Source of the DNA: a virus
Taxonomy: Duplodnaviria; Caudoviricetes
Strand: one strand, 5' to 3'
IMG/VR virus record: IMGVR_UViG_2508501001_000004
Location: 1 to 64,000 of that record
Length of the DNA stretch: 64,000 nucleotides
Shown here: piece after piece, positions 1 through 10,028 of the stretch
Numbering within the stretch: the first letter of the stretch is position 1
Layout of the letters: the number at the start of each line of letters is the position of its first letter
Program-made: the position numbers and the translations under genes
The notes under the pieces: model-generated
What the model was told of the DNA's origin: nothing
The model's input: only the letters and a program-made list of their open reading frames with translations
The model's database searches: none

Positions 1-378
1 TTACCCATGATCAATTCCCTTTACTTCCTGAACAGCTTCTTGCTTTGGTTTTTGATGAACGTCGGTAGAGTTTAATTCTGTTAGATAATTCTTCGCGCTG
101 GCATAAAGTGTTCTGGCCATATTTTCAAACATCGAATAAGTCATAACCATTCGTACCGCTCTCGGCAGTAACTCATATCCCTTACTAACCACAAAACTAA
201 ATTTCTGATCACCAACCTCCAATACAAGGGCCTCTGCTTGCTTTTCTACCTGCAGCATCAGAGAAAGGATTATTTTTGTTGCTTTTGCCTTTCCTTGAGA
301 CACCAAGAAAACAACAAAGCCGCTAACCAATAAAATTAACCCCCAGTAAGCTTGGAGGCCCGATAATACAATATCCAC
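1..378 (-). CDS. Putative holin (one N-terminal TM)
   Basis: Hydrophobic N-terminal helix, directly downstream of endolysin. Confidence 0.6.
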   Translation of the reverse strand: MDIVLSGLQAYWGLILLVSGFVVFLVSQGKAKATKIILSLMLQVEKQAEALVLEVGDQKFSFVVSKGYELLPRAVRMVMTYSMFENMARTLYASAKNYLTELNSTDVHQKPKQEAVQEVKGIDHG

Positions 379-418
379 TTTTATTTCTCCTTTTCAAATT
401 GGCAAGCACTTGCGAATA

Positions 419-1273
419 TTAAGCGCCTGTTGCACTTACAACAGCTGCAGTATCTCCCCAAGTCTTCCCGGAAAGGATTGTTTCGTTCGGATGTCCCACG
501 GGTCCACCCCCGACTATGACAAGATGCTCGGCTTTAAAAACGTCTGGCGGTGGGGTCTTATCATCAAATCTCAAAAAAACTGCACAGTTGCCAAGTTTGA
601 TTGACTCTCTTCGCGCCGGTACCAAGTAATCCTCAATGCCATGAGCTAAAACCGCTTCTTTCATCTCATAGCCCCTTTTCTTTTGTGTATTTCCACTGAC
701 ACTAACCTCGAAATGATCCCCAATCCCCTGGGCGATCGCTAAAGCAGCCTGATCCATCTTTTCCAAGATCGTGGCTTCCTCTGAATTAATGAAACCGTGC
801 TCAATGAGCACGGCCGGCATCTCTGTCCACTTTAATACATACCAATTTGCGTATTTGACACCACGGTCTGTCATTCCCAGCAGAGCCATTCTTGCCCGGA
901 TCGCCTTGGCAATCTTCTCCCCTTCGCCCCCGGCCGCAAGAGCATAGACCTCGTTCCCGTATGCTTTCGCAGCCGCTGAATTATTGTGGAAGGAGTAGAA
1001 TGCGTCACCGCCCAAAGAGTTGGCCGCTTTTACCCTATTTTTCAGGTCCAAATCAACGTTGAATGCTATCGGCGCGCAGAAGTCCTTGTCTGTAGTCCTA
1101 GTGAACTTCACTCTGAAGCGGCCTGTTGCTTCGAGAATCACTGCAATTTTCTTGGCCAACGCTAAAACATTATCCTTTTCCTTAGTTGTCGAGCCTACAG
1201 CTCCCGGATCTGCGCCGCCATGGCCTGGGTCGAAGATCATATCATATATCTTTAATTCACCCGAATGACTCAC
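419..1273 (-). CDS. Endolysin, Amidase_3 N-acetylmuramoyl-L-alanine amidase with C-terminal CWB2-like binding domain
   Basis: DPGHGG, KEKD, SFHNN, PAVLIEHGFI motifs; C-terminal LVIVGG..LSG..WGDTAAVV. Confidence 0.9.
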   Translation of the reverse strand: MSHSGELKIYDMIFDPGHGGADPGAVGSTTKEKDNVLALAKKIAVILEATGRFRVKFTRTTDKDFCAPIAFNVDLDLKNRVKAANSLGGDAFYSFHNNSAAAKAYGNEVYALAAGGEGEKIAKAIRARMALLGMTDRGVKYANWYVLKWTEMPAVLIEHGFINSEEATILEKMDQAALAIAQGIGDHFEVSVSGNTQKKRGYEMKEAVLAHGIEDYLVPARRESIKLGNCAVFLRFDDKTPPPDVFKAEHLVIVGGGPVGHPNETILSGKTWGDTAAVVSATGA

Positions 1274-1274
1274 C

Positions 1275-1640
1275 TCACTTTACAAAAATACTGGACAGAA
1301 ACTCAGGGTTAACATTCTGACCAATGGCCGCAAGCGTTATGATGAGCGCTAGAGTCACCGAACCCTTAATAATCCATTGTCCACCAGATGAACTCCAAAA
1401 CCCACTAGCCTCTTCGGCATATTCGCGAGCCGTTTCGAGAGCAGACACTCGCTTCTCCATTGTTTCTAACGTCTTAGAGGTTGTCTCCAACAGCTGAGTG
1501 AGCTGGGTGATAATAATCTTTAAATCTGTTATGGTCTCACTATGTGCGTTTAATCTGCGCTCAGCCACCTCCATCTGCTTATCTAGTCCTTTATGTGTTC
1601 TCTCACAGGATTGTTCTGTGACTAAGTTTTCCCCCGCCAT
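1275..1640 (-). CDS. XhlA-like lysis-associated protein (coiled coil plus C-terminal TM)
   Basis: Coiled-coil N-terminus, hydrophobic C-terminus, position before endolysin. Confidence 0.6.
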   Translation of the reverse strand: MAGENLVTEQSCERTHKGLDKQMEVAERRLNAHSETITDLKIIITQLTQLLETTSKTLETMEKRVSALETAREYAEEASGFWSSSGGQWIIKGSVTLALIITLAAIGQNVNPEFLSSIFVK

Positions 1641-1721
1641 AGCCCCACCTCACTCCTATTAGGCAATAAAAATAACGCCCTTTTTTAAAGCGTTTGCTGC
1701 ACATAATGAGTCTATTGTGCA

Positions 1722-1856
1722 TTAGTCAACATAGTCTATACCGGTAATCGTCTTATACTGTTCTTCAGTGATCTTGCTCTTAACCACAAATACTTTAACG
1801 TCATCAATAGAATAGTTTACTGGATAGTTACTTGACACAAATTTAAACCAATCCAT
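1722..1856 (-). CDS. xkdX: XkdX-family small protein (44 aa, not in ORF track)
   Basis: [44 protein letters not shown]; TAATG overlap with upstream gene. Confidence 0.75.
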   Translation of the reverse strand: MDWFKFVSSNYPVNYSIDDVKVFVVKSKITEEQYKTITGIDYVD

Positions 1857-2170
1857 TACATTAATCCCTCCATAACTAAAGTAAGAATGACCTGGGCGTT
1901 TTGACTCTTAAGATCATCAATCTTTTGCTCAATAGTTTGCTGTTCTGCGCTATTTTCATTGGCTATAGCTGTTTTTTCTGCCTGCCATTGTGCCTGTGTT
2001 AGTTCAGATATATCCTCATGCTGTGGCAGGTCGCAATCACACGCAAATACAAAACATGACCTATCCATTTTGTAACCCTGTGAACCCGGAACAATTGAAT
2101 CAATGTTGAGGGTTTTGTAATCACATTGTCCGAACATATTCGTGAAATTAACTATCTTACCGAATTTCAT
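1856..2170 (-). CDS. Tail fibre-associated protein (XkdW-like position)
   Basis: GGAGG RBS before MKFGKIV; C-terminal coiled coil [18 protein letters not shown]. Confidence 0.5.
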   Translation of the reverse strand: MKFGKIVNFTNMFGQCDYKTLNIDSIVPGSQGYKMDRSCFVFACDCDLPQHEDISELTQAQWQAEKTAIANENSAEQQTIEQKIDDLKSQNAQVILTLVMEGLM

Positions 2171-2189
2171 CTGTATTACCTCCTTAATA

Positions 2190-3862
2190 TTAATTGAAGA
2201 CATGGTGGAATATGGACGGTGATATACCGACACTAGTACCGGATTTACTTATAAAACTCACATATTGAGAGGAGGCGGCGGTCTCGGTTATTGCACCCTC
2301 CGGCATTACTGCCAACCATCTACCTGAACTACCATAATTAGCAGAATAAATCTCCGTACCAGATAGGGTGATTATCCACATCATCGAGCTAGAGCCATTG
2401 GTGGTGTACATATAAAGTCGATCCGTTGCCGTGTGCATTACACACACAGGTTCCCTACGACTAGAATTGAAAAATGATGTTATGGATGAGATGACTGTTC
2501 CATTTTTATCTGTTACATATGCGGCACGTGATGATGTATTATACCAGAACATCCTATCGACATTTACTGCCCTGAGTTCGATATATGAACTTGGTGTAAA
2601 TAGAACCGTCTTAATTACTGTCCCAGATGGGTTATATAAGTTGGCTTCACCTTGGGAACCCCTCACCCAGATCCCATCACCATCGACGAACGAAATCACC
2701 TTATTAATATCCACGAATACTATGGGATTCAGATATGCACTCACGGAGCCTTTCTTCTGAAGCGTACCAGAGACACCGAATATGTCCTTTCCACTCAATA
2801 TATTTGCCGGTATCAAGTCAGGGTCCCCGGATATAGTAATATTACTCGAATAGTACCCAGCATATTTAGTCTGTGCTGAAGTTCCCGGAGTTACTGTTCC
2901 TCCAGCCCCCCTACTGACCATGGTCCCGACTAATCCAGTATCTGCATCGTTGCTGAATGTCTTTCCTGCTAGTACATTATCAGCAACGGCATCACCCTCT
3001 GCACTAGCTTTTATAAAAAAACAATTATCAGATGTACTGTACCAAACTGTATAGGCTTTATCAGCGATTAAAGTTGGTGCTGTAGTTGTGCCTGGCTTAT
3101 ATAGTGATTTGGTATTTATAGTTGTTGGTGCCCCACTATTATTAGCAGACGCAATGAATGTTTTAGAATAGCCATTAGTTAATGTAGCAGTCGTAAGGTT
3201 AATGCGGTTGCCGTTCCTCCTGCGACTTGGTACACTACATCCGCCAAATGCGCATCAACAACAGTCTGATCAGCCTTAGTTTCAATAAGATTGGTCACTG
3301 TTGTAGCGAAATTGGGATCATCACCTAACGCCGCAGCTATCTCATTAAGCGTGTCAAGGGCTGCCGGCGCAGAATCCACCAAAGCGGCTACTGCCGCCTT
3401 TACAAAAGCTGTAGTAGCAATTTGCGTGTTATTAGTTGCCGTCACAGCTGTCGGTGCAGTTGGTGTTCCGGTAAAGACAGGCGAAGCCAAAGGAGCCCGA
3501 GTGACATCCGTTGGGTGAACATGGTCTCTCCTTGCCGCGGTAGCCGCAAAGCCTGCAGAAGCTGTGCCATTGGCGGCAGGATTAGTGCTGTCAAAAGCTA
3601 AGTGTGTGTGATCGGCCCTTGCAAGACTTGTGCTTGATCCAGCAGCATTAGCTGTTCCCAGGCCCCCCGAAGGAGCCGCAGTAGAAACAGGATCACTACC
3701 GCCAGGTCGGTGGGCATCAGCATGGGAACCTATCGCTCCTGCCGCATCCATCACCTCTTTTATTTTTTGGTCAATCACGTCAGCATTGTCATTAAAGTCT
3801 TGAATGTTGACAGTATCTGTTCCAGCGGGTTTCTTTAGTCCGTAGTTTGCTGTCGTTTGCAT
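2190..3862 (-). pseudogene. Tail fibre / receptor-binding protein split by a 1-nt frameshift near 3203
   Basis: ORF 3179-3862 continues in the -1 frame as INLTTATLTNGYSKTF...CFFIKASAEGDAVADNVLAGKTFSND into ORF 2190-2921. Confidence 0.75.
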
Positions 3863-3873
3863 AGTCTACCTCC

Positions 3874-4485
3874 TTACTCATAAACTCTGAGCTCATTCCA
3901 GCTCATAACATTCACGCTATTCCAAGTGAGATGTTTCAAAGAATCCCACCATGTATAGGAATACTTAAAACTGTACCCTAAATGGGCAGGCTTAATTTGT
4001 TCCAGCATCTGAATAAACCCTGGCATATTAGCAGGAATACCTTTTATTCCAATAAACCGAACCTCAAAGCGACACTCCGCCGGATATTCCATGACATCCA
4101 CCTCACCCCCAGAAAAGGCAGCTGCGGTGTCCATGATCATTTGTTGGGTTGTTGTACCGGAGCCACGCAGTTTAACCTTGATCTGCTCCCGCCTTCGCTC
4201 TATAGGCTTTGCCGGTTCTGTCTCTAAACCTAACTCACTTTCCCAATAATTTAAGCCCCATGTAGCCGTATCCACAAAGTATTGACTTAACACATTATCA
4301 ATAGCATACAAAAAAAGACCCATCTCATCCGATGCCGTCTCCTGGAGCTTTTCCATTTCTCGAATGCCCCGATAATACTCAGGCAAGTATCTCATGAGGT
4401 TAGGTGTCGAGTAATCAGGCTGATCCCCGTCGCCGCCATCCGTGCCTAAAAAAGTGGTGCCATAGAGTTGACTTCCGTATCCCAC
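3874..4485 (-). CDS. xkdU: Baseplate wedge protein, YmfQ/DUF2313 (XkdU-like)
   Basis: ATWGL..WE, IKPAHL motifs; paralog of 37282-37893. Confidence 0.85.
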   Translation of the reverse strand: MGYGSQLYGTTFLGTDGGDGDQPDYSTPNLMRYLPEYYRGIREMEKLQETASDEMGLFLYAIDNVLSQYFVDTATWGLNYWESELGLETEPAKPIERRREQIKVKLRGSGTTTQQMIMDTAAAFSGGEVDVMEYPAECRFEVRFIGIKGIPANMPGFIQMLEQIKPAHLGYSFKYSYTWWDSLKHLTWNSVNVMSWNELRVYE

Positions 4486-4489
4486 TGGC

Positions 4490-5041
4490 TTACACCCCCT
4501 TTAATTGATTCCAGGTTACCGGGCCTTTGGGCATGGCCTGAGCAGCTATAGCTTGAGCCACTCTTTGGGCAGTCCATAATCGTTGTGAGGTGACTGTTCC
4601 TGCTTCGGCCTCGGCTTGGGACACCGTACTCCAGGTGCTTGTGTGGGCCATTGTTCTTGTTGTTCCGTTTAACCTGAGATAGAGTCCTGAGGTTGTCGTC
4701 CATAGATCACCGTTAACTGGAGAAACTGGCGCAACCCCATGAGGTATGGTCATTGGAGCTTCATCGGTACTGGACTCAGAGAGGACTTTTTTTCCCGTCA
4801 CACCGCTCCAGGGGACGCTCTCGGCTGCCGCAGCCATATCAACCTTACCGTCATTATTCGTGTCATAAATGCTTTTCAGCATATCCCCAACTGTTTGGGC
4901 GGCGACGAGGACCTCATTTCCGTTATCTGTTCCAATATAAAGCTTTTTGGTATCTGTACAATAACCTAGCTCACCTATTTCCAGAGTCCCAATGCTTACC
5001 TCAAGCCCACGTCTAATCTGGATCAATACTTTTCTTGCCAT
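4490..5041 (-). CDS. Tail fibre-associated protein with Mtd_N/hyaluronidase-like N-terminus
   Basis: IQIRRG...GELGYCTDTKKLYIG motif; N- and C-termini shared with 37898-38392. Confidence 0.6.
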   Translation of the reverse strand: MARKVLIQIRRGLEVSIGTLEIGELGYCTDTKKLYIGTDNGNEVLVAAQTVGDMLKSIYDTNNDGKVDMAAAAESVPWSGVTGKKVLSESSTDEAPMTIPHGVAPVSPVNGDLWTTTSGLYLRLNGTTRTMAHTSTWSTVSQAEAEAGTVTSQRLWTAQRVAQAIAAQAMPKGPVTWNQLKGV

Positions 5042-5053
5042 CAGCCTCCCTCC

Positions 5054-6079
5054 TTAGAATGTTCCTCCATCCACAATGGATACCATCAACCTATTTCCGT
5101 TGGCCGTATCATAGATAATACTACTGGTATCAATATGGGCTTCTATGCCTGTGCTATTGACGAGGACTCCTTTCCCCGCCTTAGCACTCACCGTCGTTGT
5201 GCCAATAGTAATTCCGTTTCCTCCTCCTACCGTTAAGGTGACCGTATCGGCCTGACCGCCCCCAGTTAAACCATTGCCGGCAGTGATGGTCTGCAGGGCT
5301 CCCCCAGTTCTTACCCAAGCTGTTCCGTTCCAAGAGTAGACCTTCTGTTCATCATCAACGTAGCATGTCCAGCCTGTCTGAGGAGTATAAAACACCCACG
5401 CTCCGGATATCCATTCTGCTATTTGGTTCTGTTTACCCGCCCAGGCCCCGGTAGCCCCAGACGGTATAATATATCTATCACCCGTTGCCGGAGAACCTGG
5501 AGGGGCTGTAAGATTCTGATCCTTCACGCTAGCTTGAGGTTCGATGTTATGTTTAGCAAGCTCTATTTCGTTGCCAATTTTCTGAGCACTCCACAAATCG
5601 GTAATCGCCGTTCCGGAGTCATTAATGACGCGATGTTTTGGGGCATCATCAATGTGAGTTTTTATTTCAGCAGCAGTCTTTGTGTTGGTACCATCCGATA
5701 CTTTATTAACCTGACCGTTGCTGAGCTCTGATTTCTTAACCCTTGCATAAGTCGTTCCGTCAGCAATGTCATCTAAGGCACCTGTAAGATCTGTCAGTTT
5801 TTGAGCATTGACTTGATTCCAGTCCGTACCGTTATCAAAGTAGAGATAGCCACTATTAGCTCCGCCGGTAATATAATAAAGCCTTCCTAAGGCCCCAGCA
5901 TTAGGCCGAGCCGCTTCTGTTCCCGATAAGGCACGACCAACGAACGTATTTGAGACCCCGTCCCCAATATAAACTTCTTTTGTATCTGTGCAAAACCCCA
6001 TTTCTCCCGCTGGCAATGCCCCCAAGGCTGCCAATTCTGCCTTAGTTCCTCTCTTTATGCGTATTGTCTGTCCCGCCAC
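5054..6079 (-). CDS. DUF2793-containing tail protein
   Basis: Mtd_N-like start; APPGSPATGDRYII..ATGAWAGK..QIA..W.F..P..GW motif. Confidence 0.75.
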   Translation of the reverse strand: MAGQTIRIKRGTKAELAALGALPAGEMGFCTDTKEVYIGDGVSNTFVGRALSGTEAARPNAGALGRLYYITGGANSGYLYFDNGTDWNQVNAQKLTDLTGALDDIADGTTYARVKKSELSNGQVNKVSDGTNTKTAAEIKTHIDDAPKHRVINDSGTAITDLWSAQKIGNEIELAKHNIEPQASVKDQNLTAPPGSPATGDRYIIPSGATGAWAGKQNQIAEWISGAWVFYTPQTGWTCYVDDEQKVYSWNGTAWVRTGGALQTITAGNGLTGGGQADTVTLTVGGGNGITIGTTTVSAKAGKGVLVNSTGIEAHIDTSSIIYDTANGNRLMVSIVDGGTF

Positions 6080-6082
6080 TGC

Positions 6083-6499
6083 TTATGCCTCCTCTCTAAT
6101 AAATCCACCGCCATCAATAATTCCATTGGCTTTATATCTTTCAATTTCTGTCTGGGTACGAATTACGCTTTCCTGCAGGCTGTTGATATCTTTGGCCTCT
6201 GCCATATCTCCAGGCGTCTCATAGGTTACATAGACTTTTTCTGTTTCGGCAAAGATTTTAATCGAACGTTTCCAAGGTGTTTCAGAGGGAATTGATACGA
6301 TAAAATTAGCCACCGGATCGCCTGAGAATTGAGGCCCTGTATAAACCCTGATTGTGCTGTTCGTAATGTTGTCGTGACCTAAAAAGCCGTTGTACACCCC
6401 ATCGTTAATGAATAATTCTTCTTCGACAGTATAACTGCTGCCATCGGGCTTTTTATTCAGCTTTTCTAAAAACTGATCAAGTTCCTCAGGATAGGGCAC
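6083..6499 (-). CDS. Conserved tail/baseplate-associated protein
   Basis: Paralog of 39434-39850 in the same position. Confidence 0.6.
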   Translation of the reverse strand: MPYPEELDQFLEKLNKKPDGSSYTVEEELFINDGVYNGFLGHDNITNSTIRVYTGPQFSGDPVANFIVSIPSETPWKRSIKIFAETEKVYVTYETPGDMAEAKDINSLQESVIRTQTEIERYKANGIIDGGGFIREEA

Positions 6500-6503
6500 T
6501 TAT

Positions 6504-7541
6504 TCATACCCCCAGTCCTACGGTTTCAAGTACCGGTATTTCTTCATCCGCCAAAGCTACATTTACACTGCCGCCATTGACTGTCAAGTTTGTATAATCA
6601 AGGACACCCGGTGTACTCAGCAATATGGTTCCAACTTTAGCATAACTGATATAGGTGCTGGCAAAAGCTGTATCCTGCAGATAACTTCCCAGGGCTGCCC
6701 TAAAAGCATCTGTCACTCCTTGGATAGCATAACCTGCCGCCAAAGTGACCACCGCTGAAACACCAATCTCTTTAGCTGCTGCCGAAACAACGGTCACGGC
6801 AGCGCCGATAGGGCGCACAGTCTCAATATAGTCTGAGACATCGTCCACCAAGATTGATGTGGCCGGCTGTTTTCCAGCATCCACGATAACAAGCTTCACG
6901 CTTCCTGACCCTGCCCACAAGGGGAAAACTTTCGCATCTCCCACGCCAGCTACTTCAAGGGCCCATTGTCGATATTGAGCCGCATTCCCTGAGGTCGCCG
7001 GCTGACGAACCCGCTGCAGATACCGCTGCCTGAGATTGTCATCCGTCTCTGTATCCGCTCCAGGAACCAAAATATCGATCAGCTCTGCTCTCACAAGGCC
7101 ATTAATGTAGTTGATGGGCAGCAAAGTCCCCGCCTTCTGGTTTCCTATGCTTCCGGCAATCTCACACTCCAAAACATACTGACCGATTGAAATTCTTTGG
7201 ATAGTCTGATAGTTTACCTGCTCAATGGAAAAGCGGCTGCCCAAAGCCACATCCAGGGGTGAATCATTCTGTCCAAAAAACTGACCCATCCGCTGTGCCT
7301 TGGTCGCCGGTTTACGAGTTACCCCATAATCCGCCGTCCTTAATTCCAGATAGGCTCCACTTGAGGTTTGAGCTGAGAATAGTCTCAGATTAACCTCCAG
7401 GTCTGCATAAGCCTGAGCTAGTTCCGCCGCAGCCGGAGATAGGGCATCATAAATTATGCTTCCCTCTCGTTTGTCCAGATCACCTGGAACCCGATCCAGC
7501 ATTCTCGATAAAATAGCTTCATAGGTTTGATCTTCATACAC
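6504..7541 (-). CDS. xkdT: Baseplate J-like protein
   Basis: DKREGSIIYDALSP, ETDDNLRQR, SGNAAQYRQWA motifs. Confidence 0.9.
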   Translation of the reverse strand: MYEDQTYEAILSRMLDRVPGDLDKREGSIIYDALSPAAAELAQAYADLEVNLRLFSAQTSSGAYLELRTADYGVTRKPATKAQRMGQFFGQNDSPLDVALGSRFSIEQVNYQTIQRISIGQYVLECEIAGSIGNQKAGTLLPINYINGLVRAELIDILVPGADTETDDNLRQRYLQRVRQPATSGNAAQYRQWALEVAGVGDAKVFPLWAGSGSVKLVIVDAGKQPATSILVDDVSDYIETVRPIGAAVTVVSAAAKEIGVSAVVTLAAGYAIQGVTDAFRAALGSYLQDTAFASTYISYAKVGTILLSTPGVLDYTNLTVNGGSVNVALADEEIPVLETVGLGV

Positions 7542-7943
7542 TTATGGGTTCACCTCCTGAGTCATCTCAAAGCTTCCGTAATTGCTGATGACTGTAAACG
7601 CAATGAGTAAACTATCCCCTATGATCGTTATCTGGATATTCTCAATACCGGTAATTCGATCATCCTGAGTTAAAGCTTCCCGGATCATTCGCGCAACCTC
7701 TGGTTTCAAAAAGAGCGGATTGCTGCCAATCAGATTCTCCAGCTCAGAACCATAATTTGCTGTGTAAATCAGGTGCTGAAAGCGTGGGGTTTGCAGAATC
7801 TTAAAGGCCGCCTGCTGAACTGCCTCAAGGCCGTCCAGTCTGCCCACAATTCGTTGTTTGGCTGCATCCAGTTTCCAAGTGAGTGACGGCTGCTCTATTT
7901 CTTCGATCCTATCCTTGCTTATACTTCCTCCCACTGGGATCAC
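7542..7943 (-). CDS. xkdS: DUF2634 baseplate protein
   Basis: T.RF.HLIYT.NYGSELE.LIG, EALTQDDRI motifs. Confidence 0.85.
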   Translation of the reverse strand: MIPVGGSISKDRIEEIEQPSLTWKLDAAKQRIVGRLDGLEAVQQAAFKILQTPRFQHLIYTANYGSELENLIGSNPLFLKPEVARMIREALTQDDRITGIENIQITIIGDSLLIAFTVISNYGSFEMTQEVNP

Positions 7944-8296
7944 ATCATCACCACCTTATCTAGAATTACAAATTTTTGGCCACCCTGGACTCGAAGTAAC
8001 AGGACCTTATCTCCCACTTTAAGACCAGGACGAATAATGACCTTAGAATTTAGGGCCTCGCTTGTTTCTCTTGAGGACCCGCTGTCTGTGTATTGATGAG
8101 TATGCATGAGATCCAGCTCGTACTTAATTAGACTTTCAGGCACAATCAAAAAATCCGCAGGCAGTGTAAAGCGTTGGTCGACTCTTACACTGAGCGGATC
8201 TACTGCGGCGACTTCTCCAAACATAATAGTTACAGGGTTGGAAGCTCCCATTGCATCCATCCCAGCCGCTTTTATAACATCCAGTAAACTTGGCAT
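7940..8296 (-). CDS. xkdR: DUF2577 baseplate protein
   Basis: GLKVGDKVLLLRVQGGQKFVILDKV motif. Confidence 0.85.
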   Translation of the reverse strand: MPSLLDVIKAAGMDAMGASNPVTIMFGEVAAVDPLSVRVDQRFTLPADFLIVPESLIKYELDLMHTHQYTDSGSSRETSEALNSKVIIRPGLKVGDKVLLLRVQGGQKFVILDKVVMM

Positions 8297-9282
8297 TATA
8301 TCACCTTCATAATTGCTTTAAGTTCCAGGCTCATGGTATGGTCTGCACTATCAAAACGATGTGTGCATTCATCAACTAAAAACGGTTGATTAATACTGTA
8401 TTCTTCAATCTGCAGACTGACATAACTCCCGGCCCTTACTCGAAAATCACCGATAGCTTCAATCTTTAGAATCTTTGATTCCCGGTTCTTTAGCGTTGAC
8501 AAGGTTGTCAGCCGCTCATCAATCTGAGCCGGGTTCAGGTTTTCATCCACATTTTGATAGAGCTGCAGCACGCCCCACTTGGCCATGTTGACACTATCCT
8601 GAGCGATATAGATTTCACGTTTGCCCGTATTTTTATTGTCCTTATATAGTTTGATCTTGTTATAGGTGTCCGAGTCAATGGAGGTATTATAGGTATAGTC
8701 CGTCATAAGGCTGCCATCACCAATGATGAAATCCAACCAAAGATCCTCCACATTGCGCACAGACAAAGAACCAAAATCATCAAAGAAGATATAATTTTTG
8801 CCGGAGTTAATGAGCGTTAAATCTAAGGCTTTGCAAATGATATCCAGCAGCTTTTGATTGTCCTCAACCATAGTGGGAATCCGATAGCCCGTATCATCAA
8901 TTTGACCGAGCAGGAGATTGAAGTCGGCAGCGATGGTTCGAACCACCTCAGAGGCTGTTATATTCGTAAACACATAGGTATCATTGGCCATGAGGTAGCG
9001 TAATTGATCATAACACGAGATCTTGACTGCCTCGTCCTTTCCTTCATTAACGGAAAAGATATAACCGTAGAAGATATTAACATTATGCTCGGCCTCTTGA
9101 ACCCGGACGATATCCCCATTGCTGTACTTAAACGTTTTATCCTGGCCAAGGGCATTTTTGATCAGTGTGAAATCCAGGCTGCCGGCTTTGCCGATCCTGC
9201 TGGTTTTCCAGGTTACGTCCGCAACAATCTGAGATAGATCCCACACGTTGCCGTCTTTGTTATCAATCAGTACTTTTAGCAC
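8296..9282 (-). CDS. xkdQ: XkdQ/YqbQ baseplate hub protein
   Basis: CYDQLRYL.ANDT, WGVLQ, GDFRVRAG motifs; synteny. Confidence 0.85.
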   Translation of the reverse strand: MLKVLIDNKDGNVWDLSQIVADVTWKTSRIGKAGSLDFTLIKNALGQDKTFKYSNGDIVRVQEAEHNVNIFYGYIFSVNEGKDEAVKISCYDQLRYLMANDTYVFTNITASEVVRTIAADFNLLLGQIDDTGYRIPTMVEDNQKLLDIICKALDLTLINSGKNYIFFDDFGSLSVRNVEDLWLDFIIGDGSLMTDYTYNTSIDSDTYNKIKLYKDNKNTGKREIYIAQDSVNMAKWGVLQLYQNVDENLNPAQIDERLTTLSTLKNRESKILKIEAIGDFRVRAGSYVSLQIEEYSINQPFLVDECTHRFDSADHTMSLELKAIMKVI

Positions 9283-9293
9283 AATACACCTCC

Positions 9294-9959
9294 TTACGGC
9301 AGCTTTAGGACCCGGCCGATCTGAAGCCGCTTAATCTCGGCATCCGAAATGCCGTTTAAGGATTGCAGCTCCGGCCAGCGAGCTCCGCCTCCCAGTAATT
9401 TCTGAGCCACAGACCAAAGAGTATCACCGGCTGCAAGGGTATAGGTTTTGGGAGTCTGCTGCTCGTTTGGCCTTTCAGGGGCTTGAATTGTTTGTGTTGA
9501 GGCTGTGGCAGTTTCCAAAGTTGAAATGCTGACAGCTCGTCGTGCTGAATAAGGCACATATTTCTTCAACTTTAAGGAATAGTCGATATCACCTGATCTG
9601 CCGGCCTCTTCTTTCCAGTCAAAACCCTCAATACTGGCCAAGGTGTCGATATCAAAGGCATCGGAAATAACAATAAAGCGAATGGGCTGCTTAGCTTCCA
9701 TCCACTTTAGAATAAGTTTTACGTATTCATAGGGCTTCAGCAGGGGTTGAACTGTGACGAAAGGGTAAGGCTGGGCAGGAAAGAAGCTGCTGAAAGCATA
9801 CTCTGAGAGCTTGAGATTTTTTATAACATTGATTTCACCTAATTCCAGTACATCATAGGTTTTGTTTTTTCCGCCTTCTCCTATTTCGAAAGAACCAGGC
9901 ATGACCGGAAGTTGGATTGATTCGGTATTATTGAAGCTTAGATTGATGCCATAGGACAT
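9294..9959 (-). CDS. xkdP: XkdP-like tail tube initiator with LysM domain
   Basis: QLPVMP N-terminus; C-terminal YTLAAGDTLWSVAQK LysM. Confidence 0.85.
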   Translation of the reverse strand: MSYGINLSFNNTESIQLPVMPGSFEIGEGGKNKTYDVLELGEINVIKNLKLSEYAFSSFFPAQPYPFVTVQPLLKPYEYVKLILKWMEAKQPIRFIVISDAFDIDTLASIEGFDWKEEAGRSGDIDYSLKLKKYVPYSARRAVSISTLETATASTQTIQAPERPNEQQTPKTYTLAAGDTLWSVAQKLLGGGARWPELQSLNGISDAEIKRLQIGRVLKLP

Positions 9960-10028
9960 TTTATCACCTGCCTTATCTAGCATACTTCTGGGAAATTTCA
10001 TAAATTTAGAATTTCAGGCCTCTAACCC

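Noticed and set aside
4490-6079. Diversity-generating retroelement suggested by Mtd-like N-termini
   Set aside because: No reverse transcriptase and no TR/VR pair differing at adenines seen; similarity is limited to the N-terminal tail-attachment motif
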